Below are positions 25,101-37,400 of a stretch of 64,000 nt of DNA, piece after piece; within the stretch, counting starts at the first letter, position 1, and each line of letters opens with the position of its first letter. Source of the stretch: Orbicella franksi. Its lineage: Eukaryota. The DNA is taken from assembly GCA_964199315.1 (NCBI GenBank), contig OZ116698.1, positions 7,564,001 to 7,628,000 on the forward strand. The letters run 5' to 3'. The position numbers were made by a program, and so were the translations under genes. A model generated the notes under the pieces. The model ran no database searches, was not told the DNA's origin, and saw only the letters and a program-made list of their open reading frames with translations.

Positions 25101-28100
25101 TAATCCCGCATGGACACAAATAGTCACATGCAGTAGTGGACGTTGTGCATACCATGTGATTTTATGGCTTCTGCAAGTGCTCCGGCGAGAGTCTGGTTGC
25201 TAGAAGTGTCTGTGAGTGACAATGTACAAAATATGCAAGCATATGAATTGAATAATGGCTATAAATGCATAACAATGACAGGAAATGATCGAGGTTACTT
25301 GTTTTCCTAATTATATAGCTTGTAACGGAACATTAGAACACAATTTTAAACAGGAATATAAATATGTAAAAAGTAAATGTTCTCCGCATGGTCTGTGTAG
25401 CTCGAATATATTAAAGTATAATAAATAACTAGAGAGGATGTAAATATAAGGTAATACAATAAATTCCCCATACAATCCTTATTTTATAAATAGAAAACAC
25501 GTTCTCCGTGTTTCTATCGAGTTTTAGTATAAATCTACCAGCGTTCTATCACGAATGCCGTTCTATGATTGGCTACGCTACTCTCTATCTATTCTGTAAT
25601 AGATAGTGAGTAGCGTGACAGTGTGCCCTTCTTAACAAAATGACGGCCGCTCGAAGTGTCTGTAAAGAGGATTTAGATAAAGTTTTGAACGACTAGTAAA
25701 TTTATACTAAAACAATTAGGTTATTCGCTCTCGATTTCTATGCGTGATGGTTGACTATCAAAATTTATCTAAATTGCAAACCCATAGCGACCAACCAATG
25801 AAGAGCGCCGGACCTATTATATCGGGCAAGGATCAGTTCGCCCAATGACTCCCATTGGGTCTAGAAACAGCCAATCCTGTAAAGCCAACTATGCTCATGT
25901 GAACAGCCCAAGCGATTCCACCCGTCACGAAAACATCTAAACAGCGCGAATGGGAACGTTATCCGCAGGGGATAATTTGATTCGAAAATAATCTGAGATG
26001 GATTACCTCGGGTGTAAGGCCTCTATGGGGGATGAAAACGTTTACTCTATGTCCTCCCTTAATAATTATTAAGCGTAAGACTGAAATTTATTTCTTTACC
26101 ATTCAGTTGAGTCTCATTATCGAGGCTATTTGACATGGTCTGATTGACGAGGCTCCCTGAGGATTAAGCGAGTTAATATTAATATTGGACATGCAGGAAT
26201 ATATAAATCGTTCACGATACAGTTACTGCGTCTCGTATTTACCTGGACGAACTTATCAGACGTATTATTCGTCCTCCTGGGTAAATACGGTTAAAACTGT
26301 CATTTTAAAGACTTTTTGTTCCTGCTGTAGTGTTGTATCTTGATTTGAGGTACACGTTGATTCTAAAGAACGTTTAGTTAACAAGATTTGTGCGTAGGCT
26401 TATACACAACGCTCTACTGGTCACCTAAAAACTTGTAAAAAACTGAAATTTACCTAACCCACACAAAGAGCTTAAAATATAGGAGATTTCTTTGGTAGAA
26501 GGTTTTGTTTAGGACGTGTATCTAGCTAACGTAGGGTGAAATGGTACGCCTGTTAAGGAACTTTCCCTCCCAATTCTGGTGTAACCCTCACTGCCTACCT
26601 TGGTCAGTCTCTGGAATGGTTTCTTTCGTAATATCATCATTATGGATACCTGTATTACAGCACGAAATATGAAAATGTTAGCCTTAATTGAGAGCTTCAA
26701 TCGTCGAGCGGGTTATGAAAATTTTGGTCCGTCAAAAAAGACAGTAGGGTAAACTGAAGGGATTGGAATTCCTTTGTATTGTAATTGTAGGTTTTGTTTC
26801 TAATTTGGAACAAATATAATTGTTGTGAAATTTTGGTGGGGAGGATGATTGCAGTTTGACTGCAGTTACAACAGGAGTGTGTTTGAATACCTTCTGTTTG
26901 GTTCTTTGGAGCATTTTCATGTGAAGTTTCATCTTCTTCACCAGCTGTTGAATTGTTAAGGGTTGTGTTTCTGTTACTTGCTTCGCTATCTCCGCTCCCG
27001 CTTCCACTTGAGTCTCCATTGAGTTGGCTGAGAGCTGTCGATTTTACAATGAAGAGCAGAGAAGAATAAATTGTACATACATGTACAGCGGTGCGAGCGA
27101 CTTGGAACTTGATCTAACTTAAAAAAAATAGCAACTGATAAAAACGCCAGTGTCTTGGTGCATCAAGTTGTTGATCAAACATGGAAATATTGGCCTGAAT
27201 TCGTGCGGTTATTCCCTGAGTACTTCAGGGAGCTTGATGGGCCGTAATATAGTCAACCACACCTTTGTTTTTGTTTAAATGCCCGAGTTTAGTTATTATA
27301 TTTTATTCGGAGCAACTCGAAACGAAGGAAATCGCCGCGAAACTACTAAGGATGATTAATTAAACATACTTTCAGCAACACAATTTACAGCAAAGCAATA
27401 AGATTTCGCTTCACCATGCAATGTCAATAATTTCAATGGCATCCAAAGGCTGCCTAGGATCCTTAAGCTTCAGCAATCCAAAAGAAAAACAACAACTACA
27501 ACGTCAACGAACAAAATAAGTTTTAATAAGTAAAGTGACGAAGGCACTTGCTTATTTATCTTTTTATATCTCGTGGCTGTCACCCGGAAAGCAGTAACGT
27601 GAAATTACCAAGTTCTGCGTATTTTGGAGGACGTATTCCATGACGGCTAATGTTTCGTTTTTCCTTTGGGAACTGATCGCTGGCATTACATATTCAGGTT
27701 TAGCACGTATTTAGTTAATTTCGAGATTCGAAGGCAAAGTAAAAATTCTTTTTTTGTAAGGTGTCACCGACGTCATTGCTTAAGCTTCCCAGTAAGACGA
27801 TCCAAGATTAGAAGACCTTAGAGGATCACCGATGGCCGCTGAGGGTTTGATGTTGCCGTGGTCATGCCCAGCAATGAAGGATCCCAAGGCAGATAATTAA
27901 ACCCCCCAATGCAATATTAATAATTAATTACGATGTATTATAAAATGCAACAACAACGATAGCATAAACAAAGGTTATTTTTACTTTTCTAATTATTCTT
28001 GGTAGATGGCTAACTTTAGCAATCCAAGGTACTTTGTGGACAAATTACCACTTACCACTTTGAAGACCACTTGTGGGTTTGGCTAATATGAGGTCATCAT

Positions 28101-31100
28101 CAATGTTTTCTTTATCTGGAATGAGAGCATCAATTTCTTTCTTAAATGATCTAGTTGGACCACCTAGCAGGGTAGAGTAAACTATGATTTGCTGTAATAA
28201 ACAAAATGACATAATATCTACTCACCATTGTTTTCTCCGACACCAGCATCTATGTCCTCTCCTTCCTCCTTGGAGACTAGGGCGAGCAGATAAGAGAATT
28301 GGTTTATTCTTAAGAACTAGACAAGAAACAGTCGAGTTCAAATAGTTTAAGTCATGTTCTTATCCGTCCGAAGGATGTTCGCAGAGTAAACGTTGGTTCA
28401 AGTTGCTTGATTAGCTAATCACAATAAAACCAAAACAATACCGGTTTGTTTTTGAGGAAACGAAACAAAAGCAATAACAGTTTGTTATGCGGATGCCTTG
28501 TTTTTTTTCTATTTTGGGAAAAGAAAAGAAAATGCAAGTTGTAGCTTTTCAAAAAATTTTAACGGTTATACTTTTGAAAATGTATGTTGACTAGCATACG
28601 AAAAGTCAAGTTCATGAAATGCATGTTTTTAAATGTTTATTACCGCTGTTTGTTTTATATTTTTAATCGAGCTACGATGGTCGAAGACCAAGAGTTTATA
28701 TGATATTCTTTCGAGTTGTAGAAACACATCAACAACAACAAACGCTTTAATTTATTACCAAAATAGGAAAACACTTAGTTACAAAAAAGATAATTGAATC
28801 AGAAAATAAGCCAAATTCACCCAGAATAATCTAAAAGCTAATCGAGCTGATAAAAATTAACCGTTATTTATATAAAGGAGTATAACACTCGTGAGAGTTT
28901 GGTAGAACTCGAAAAATCTGTGGAAACACTCCATCGGCTCTTGTTCGCACATCAGCTCTACCATATTTCCACTCGTATTTCTATAACTCGATGAACACAC
29001 CGAATGTCAAGATTGATGTCAATATTCTGATAGTACGGAACCGTTAGTTTTACCTCCGGCACTTCTACGATTACATAACCAAATTTTCGCCATGCCACCA
29101 AGGTACTGTTCTTGTGTTACCAAACAGGACGGACTCTTTTGTTTCATTTATTTTAGACAGGCTCTTTCTTTTGGTCTATTGCCACTTCTGTCCTGTAAGC
29201 CGCTATCTAACGTAAAAGTGTTTTGCACACTTTTGATACATGTACCTATGTATAGTATGTCATCAAAAGAAAATCCTACCTTCTTTGCTGTCTTGTTTGG
29301 ATACTGGTAAGAAGTCTACTCCCATTCCCGCCGGAATTCCGGTGCTAGAAGGCTTTGGGATATGTTCTGTAACACAAAAACAACATATGCAATATCAAGA
29401 ATATTCTCCTGACAAGATACAACATTTTTCTGTAGGTCAGAATATTCTTGCGTACTTAAGCATGACGTCGTCTGATGAAGAGAAATGCATTAAAGTAGAG
29501 GAAACATTTTAAGTAGCTCACCTCTAGTTACAGCATCTGCCACGAGACCCTGGTCTAGCTTAGAAGTAAAAGTTTTTATTCCAGCATTTCCCGCGGTTTT
29601 TCGTATCTCATCTGTGAAAAGAGCCATGGCAACTATTAGGGTTGAGGAGCAGGCGGCGAATCATTAAAAAAATAAAATAAAAAAGAGATCAATATATTCA
29701 TTGACCACTCCCCCATTGGGGCTTTTCAGGGCCATTTTTCTACAAGTCGTTTCAGCCTTGTTTGAATTGTGCGAAAGTCACCCATCTAGATTATGGAATG
29801 TGACTCCTACGATGAGCCGTTAAAGCTCTTATGATTTCCAGATACGAGATATTACATATCTGCAAACAGTGGACTTCTTAAGTCTTCTGCGGCCTTCTAC
29901 CTTTGACATGAGCGGCATCCGATCCTCTGTTGTGCACTATTGATAACGTTTACCTGGAGTTGTTCCTGATGTGTAAGTGGCCACGAATCCAGGTTTGGGT
30001 CTTCCAATGCGCTCCTTAGACTTGAAAGCAATCTTGAGCTCGTTGGAGGAAATATTGAAGGCCTTCGGAATCTGATTTCCACAAAGCTTTCCGATCTTTC
30101 CTTGAATAGGTTCGTCTATTACCACATAATCATCTTCACAGCTGTGGTCAGGTAGCAGTAATAGAAATGTTCATTTACGTATTACAAATTTACGGTATCC
30201 TACTCTTTTCTTGTCTTATTTTGCTTTCACGTCGGCCAAGGTGCGGCTAGAAAAGTACATTTTGATTTATAAAAATTATATACAATTTCCCCACCCCTCC
30301 CCCCCCAAAAAGATACTAAAGAAGCGAGATATTCTAAAAGCCGATGCCACAATTTAGTTTTTAATAAGTGGATTGAAACGAATTCTCATTAAATGCTATA
30401 ACACTGCACTGTACGTGGTGAGTAAAATCACGTTCAAGGAGTCGAAATCTACATCAGTGCGATAACAATGGCCACTCGAGTCCTTGATAGAATTCATGGC
30501 ATTTTCAATACAATGCAGTTAGCAAATATGTTTGCTTACTTTGTATTTCCTACATCAAAAGCTTGGAAAGCGACTTTGATTGGACCCTTTGCAACTTTAA
30601 TGGTAGTATTGCACTCCTCGTTGCTTGGATACGGTTCTGGATAGTTAGGTGACGTTATCAAACCAACTGGTGACGTCAGAACAGCACCGCACTGATCTGT
30701 GTAGAGAAATTGTTAGCCTTTAACAAAACGTTTGTCGAAATCCTTTACTCATAAAGTAAACTTGTTATAAGTAGAAAAGAATATCAATGTTGCTCTATTT
30801 GATGTGTAATAAATAAAATCACAGTTGAGTTAGCTTATACTAATACACCACCAATAATACTAAGTTAGGTATCAAAATACATGAGAACTTTACAAATCAT
30901 TATTAACATATTGAACTGTTTTTGCACCCGTAACCAACAGTTCCTTGAAACGCCAACATTGTTTGTAAACTTAAGTAGACCTTAAAACTTTGCTGTATTA
31001 TGGCTTGTTTTTATACACTGAAAAGAACAACCCCCTCCCATTTGCTACCTCCAGGATTGACTGGTCTGTCGACAGCCTCATAAGATGCACTGAATCCTTG

Positions 31101-31445
31101 AGCTGTCTGAGATTCGTCAGAAAAAAACTTCACACAGAGTTTGTTTCCTGTGGAAATGAATGGAGCTGGTTCCTGTTTTCCACAGTATTTTGTTTCAGCT
31201 TTGAATGACGAACAGTCGCCATCCATAACCTTCACAAAGTCGCCTTTACACTTCTCGGGTCTTGAGGTGTCCTCCGGAGATACCACCTGCATGCTAAAAC
31301 CAACCAATCAGACAAAAAAAAAAGCTTGAGTTTTCGACAAATAGGAGGTTAAGAGATTCATTTTTTGTCTTTATACATGCAGGTAAGAATAGTATAATTC
31401 GCTTGTTATTATTTTAATAACATGCTATTATTATTGTTGTTGTTG

Positions 31446-31497
<52 letters not shown>

Positions 31498-34400
31498 CAT
31501 TGTGGGCGATTTTCTCTTGCAGCATCCGAGTCCAAACCTTGGACTTTGGGAGGCAAAGAGGGTTTCTACTTGATGGAGAGGGTCCGCCTGAGAAGGTGGG
31601 CGGTAGAGAGGAGAGCTATTTTCTGGAGTTCATGTATGTTGATGTTGCCAGGGATTTTGTTGATGTAGCTTTCCATGCCCTTCTTGATGGTACCGAGGGC
31701 TCTTATAACCACCGGGACCGTTGTTGTTTTGAGCCCCCACATTCTCTCTATCTCGATTTCCAAATATTTGTATTTGTTAAGCTTTTCCGTGGTTTTGACT
31801 GAGGTGTTGGCGTCGAGGGGTACGGTCGTGTCAATGAGAAGGCAAGTTTTGTCCTTCTTGTTCTTTAGCACAATGTCCGGCCTATTAGCTGCGATGGTTC
31901 TGTCAGTGTGGATGGGCATGTCCCACAAAATGGTGATATTGTTTTTCTCGGTGACAGTCGTTGGTTCATGCTCATACCATCGATCCTTCACCTCAATTAT
32001 TATTATTATTATTATTATTATTGCTTTCTTTCGGACCTAATGGCATTTTGTGGCTCTTTTGCGCTTACTATTTGACGATGAGTCATCACACTTAACGGCT
32101 ATAAAGTTGCAAGCAATTACACAAGGCACCTTTCAAGATTGAGAGTAGAATTGTTTAAACAAAAAAGTAAGAGGAAAGTCAAAAGCATAACTTTTACCTG
32201 TGGAAATTAAGCTTGATAACCTTGTTAGGGTTGACTGAGATGGTTGTAACACACTCCTTGTTATCAGGGTAATCCGCTGGATAACTTGGTGATGAGAAAG
32301 TTCCAACGTCTGTTGTAAAGTTCCCGCCACAATTGTCTAAAATGTATCAGAATGAAATTTAATGTGTGACATATCACTGACTGGTTCAAGGACATGCAAT
32401 GTCACGACTGGACTCAGTTGTTGTAGAAAAATGTCCAGAGAATCATAGTTTGGCTCTTTAACTAACGCCTTGACTTTAAGTTGTTTTGCCCCGTCATGAT
32501 CAAACGTAGTTTAAAAGAATTGTTTTCCTAACGCAATCATGGAACCTAGCATGCAGTTAATGTCTTTTTTCTTTTTGTTGTGTCCCCAATTAGTTGTGAA
32601 AACTAAATACGTTGACACATTAATGAAGCTTTTACTTACTTACTTATTTACTTTTCTTACTTACTAGAAATTCTGGCACAACTAGGGGTTGCCACAAGTT
32701 GCTCGAGATTTCCCAAAAAGTTGCCCGAAATTTCTCAAAAAGTTGCTCAAAAGTTGCTCCAAAAAGTCAAAAGTTGCTTTTTGTAACGAAAGTTGCTCAA
32801 AAGTTGCTAAAAAAGCCAAACCTTTTTTTGTTTCTCTCTTCTTTTATTTGGTCTGATGCAAAAATATGCAATCTGTGCAACACGAGTAACATTTTTAACC
32901 ATTTTTGTGCAATTTTGCGTTGTAACCAGCGTCGCTAAATACGAACGAATAAATACTACGCATCAATATCAAAATTTTTTAAAGATTTTTAAAATTTTTT
33001 TAAACAAAAATTTACAAAAATTAAAAAAAAATTTAAAAAAATTAAAGAAATTCACAAGTTGTCTACTGAAACATTGTAAAATATGGAAGTATATATGGCC
33101 AAATACAGCACTAAAAGCTGCTCCGATATCTAGAAAACTAGAAATTGCACAGAATGCAAAAAGTTGCTTAAACAAAAAAAGTTGCTAGAAATACGAAAAA
33201 GAAAGTTGCCAAAAAGTTGCCGAGCAACCTATGGCGAGCCCTAGGCACAAATACAATGCGAAGTCTGTTCATTTTGACATCTGGCTTTTAGCTGGTTATG
33301 AACGTGGTATTAACTAGTCCCAAAATGAGAGCATATACTCGGATTTGATGAAAGTGGTCCGAACTAAGACAAGGGGCTTGTCGTATAATGTTTTTTTTTT
33401 GAACACTTTAAAGCATAAAAAACACATGCAGATTAGAAGGTACAATTATAGTAATATTAACAAGTTGTCAGGCAAACTTACCATCTCCAGGACAAGGATT
33501 GTGCACATTACAGTGTTCTTGTGTTGGCGGCTTAAGCGCTGCATCGCATTGGGCCTCCTCCAGGTCCATTAGGTTTCCACGGTGATCTGCCTTCATACAT
33601 TTTACGGTCCGCTTCTGAAGCCCACGTCCGCATTTTGTTGAACACTGTAGGGTTAAAGAGAGAGCAGGTGTTGTCCGGTGTACAGGAGGTTTTGTTTCAA
33701 TAAAAAGCCATGCGCATGCTTTAGTTAATTGTGTAGAAAGCAGTCTGGAATTATTGAGAAAATCATATAGCTCATTGCAAAAATAGTGATGTGCGTAATG
33801 TGCACCTTCAAATTTATTTCTGTCGGCAAAAACGGTCAACTTCTTTTGTTACTTTTTCCATACTATAAGAAAGTGAAATTTGCCGTCATATGGGCCTTTC
33901 TTTGTTGCTATTTACTCCAGCTTGATACAAAATGTTTACTGATAAGCCACACGCCTACCTGTCCAAATGGCTGAGCCACCCACTCAGATGGGCACGGCAC
34001 GTTATTACACGCTTCCACCATGGACGGTTTAGGATCTGAGCAGAGTCTGGGGTCTACGTCATATTCAATTCCATCAGCTGCCACTTGCATGCACTTTATT
34101 TCACGTGTTCTGTTCCCGCCATTACAGGTCTGAGAACAGTCTTCCCATCCCTCCGGTTTCCAACTATGATAAATATTGAGGTAATCTTTGTTAACCAGTA
34201 AGGAAACTTAAGACTTCATTTACTGTGTGATTCCCGGATCTCCCTAGCTAGGCCTCCCATTAAACACCCTGACTGTACTGAAGTGGGTCAGATGTAGACT
34301 GAAGTCGGGACCTGCATGTAAATTAAGGGCTATTCCTACTGTCTCGCCGTTCAGACATATGATCAATCTCAATTATAAATGAAGCAATTGCTTTGATGTT

Positions 34401-37400
34401 TTTATTCTAAAGTGAAGTCGTCTCATGACTACTTACACGGGAGGGCATGGTTGAAAGTTGCAGTGTACTGTCTCACGCGGTGGTCTCATGCCAGCATCAC
34501 ATTTGGCTTGAGTCACTGGTGAACCATCGTCTGACCTTCGACATTCAGCATACGAAGTCTCCGAACCTAACACAAGGAAAGGGAGCAACAAGGAGACTCA
34601 CAAAGAAATAATATAGACCTCTTTGGTAAATAAAGGAAAGTATAATTGATAACAAGCTATAGATGTTTTAATAAGTCCAGTGGATCAGTTCACAACAGGA
34701 TAAGAATTAGCAATTCAACACTTTTAGCTACTTCTCGACTACCTCTCTTGTTTTCTAATAAAACTAATATAAAACATTCGGATAAAATCAGTGAAAAAGA
34801 ACATTGTTAACAAACACTGATCGCCGCACTACCTCCACCGCAGGATACACTGCAGCCAGATTTGACCACAGCCCAGTAAAAGTCTTCCTTCTGTGTGTCT
34901 TTGGTGATGCTTTCAGGAGAGGCGATTTGTCCTCTTCTGTCGACATCATAACCCATGCGCTTCAGCCAATCCAAGGCACTTGTGATAAGGTTAGCAGCTC
35001 CCGGAGTAACTTCCTTCTTTGTGCTTGTGCTGTTTCGTGCTACGCTGTCTCTGGATCCCGGCAAGCAAGTACTTCCATCTCCATTGCACACACCGCATCT
35101 ATCGATTACTGCATTAGAACCAATTACGCCATCACAACCAACTTTCTATTGAAGAGATAACAACAATTGTCAGACTCGTGCTCATAACTGTTTACAAAAT
35201 CTGGGTAACATATCAATTTGAATTATGTATACATGGCGAGGCGGATATGGTTGATAATCACAAAGGAAATAATATGTGCCTTTTTCACTCTAAAGAGAAT
35301 TAAGAGGTATTAGCGGTGATGATCTCAGATGACAAATGATATAAACTTGGATGTTACCACAGGGAGATATAAAGGTCAAAACATTTACCACCAAAAGTTA
35401 TCAATTGTTTTATCAACTTACCGTACATTGTCCCTCGATACACTTGTCAAGAGCATTTTTTTCACAGTCCGTGCCGTCGACAACGTTTCCAAAGGCAAAA
35501 CCTAATCCAGTTCCTTTGATAAAACAGCCCAGAACACACTTGCTCTCTGCAAACAAACGTTTAGTTCTTCGCGATTCAATTAACTGCGATAAACCTTTTT
35601 TTGGTTTAGTTGGCTCTATCTAGCCCGCACTTTCAACTGAAAATTGCAGCAAGCTTCCAATAACACCAAAATGTGATATCTATCAGTAACATTAGGCGAT
35701 TTGCAAGATGGCGTCACTTGCCTACAACTACATGAACCACAATCCTTCACTTTTTTTTTTCTTTTTCTCATGCTAACTGGGATCCTGCTATGGTTTAAAA
35801 ACTAAAAGAATGAAGGAAAAAGAAATAAGTTACATGGATATTTGTAGTTGTAGTCAGATGATCGCGTAAGCGTACAATTGAATTGAAGCAAAGGGATACT
35901 GAATTTGAAAAGCTGATCTGCCGTAACCACATTAACATTCGTTACCCTATGCGTGATTGGCGTACCTAAATTAACACCCATTCAAAAGTGAGGTGTCCCT
36001 GATTTTCCGTTTTCCGTGAGATGCCCGACTTAATTTTATTGTAACGTGGTAATGTGGAATCCCTTTTTTATGTTGCACATTTATAAAATAACTACACTGT
36101 TGACTTTTGTTGAACAGCTAACTCTATAGTTACAATTGATAACTATGCTGGGTAGAGACGATTTTCTTGAAAATGGATATAACATGGTAAGCACACACAA
36201 GATCTTACTTAACGTTGAAGGTTTCCATTCCCACTCGTAGTACTGATCGTTGAACAATTGTGAGTTTTTTACTTGACATTGCTGGTTTCTGAATTCCATT
36301 GAGTCAGGCGAACAGGACTAAAAAGAGAACAGAACGTCGGAGTGAGATGAAGTTCCCGAGATGAACAGATTTCCGTCTCAGAGTACTTAAGGCAAACCCA
36401 CGATTCGTTTATGGTACATGCCGCTTCAGGTAATTTTAAAGAATCGAAATAGAGCTTCGTTAGTGTCGATTCCTGTCTTGGTGGAATGAAGCCACTTAGA
36501 ATATTGGCGCACACCCTGGACGAGATGCTAGTCCGTCCAGGTTGACGCTTACAGCTTACTGGTTCCCATTTATACTTCTGGGAGGGGAAAGACACTGCGA
36601 TATTTAAGTGTCTTGTGTCGTTTAATCGAGTAACTTACCCCAGTGTTGCAAAGTTTGTATTCTCTTTCCTCTCCTTCACAGCGCTTCCCGCCATTTTTGG
36701 GGCTGAATATGAATATGAATATGAATATCTTTTAGTCTGCATGCGAGCCAAGTGGCCCATCAGGCCGGAGCCTATCCCGGTTTCTGTAGCATGAGGCGAC
36801 TAGGAGTATTTCTACTCCCCCCCTGGATGGGATGCTAGTCCATCGCAGGATTACCCCCAGCATTAAGTTCGCCGGTACCCATTATTACACCTGGGTGGAG
36901 AGAGGCACAATGAGAGTAAAGTGTCTTGCCCAAGAACACAACACAATGTCCCCGGCCAGGGCTCGAACCCGGACCGCTCGATCCGGAGACGAGCGCACTA
37001 ACCATGAGGCCACCGCGCCTTTTACTACAGCCATTTTTATTAAAAGACAGGGCTTTCTTGTTTTTTAACGACTTACAATAATTAACATATGGCATACTTG
37101 TTCTCCCAATTTCTTACATCTACAAATATATTTACTAAATTCACAAAAGTACTACGCTCTTAGTAAAGTGTTGTGTAAGGGTTGCTACTCATTCAACTTA
37201 CAAATGTACAATGCTTCCCCAGAAGTAAACCTGTTGCTTTAAACAAAATCGTGTTTAAACAAAGGATTGTTGTTGTTTCTGTTCTTCTAAGCTGAGTGTA
37301 ACTTTCGCTTTAATTTACGCTACCGAACGTGCTTTGGTCAATGGCGAAAGACCTTTTTTGAGGAAAACAAATATGAATATTTACCGAGGTGCGATGCATC

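Noticed and set aside
31422-31802. Poly-Leu ORF resembling a signal peptide
   Set aside because: Translation of the (TTA/TTG)n microsatellite, antisense to the retrotransposon
34804-35623. Plus-strand ORFs over ADAMTS exons
   Set aside because: Antisense shadows of real coding exons
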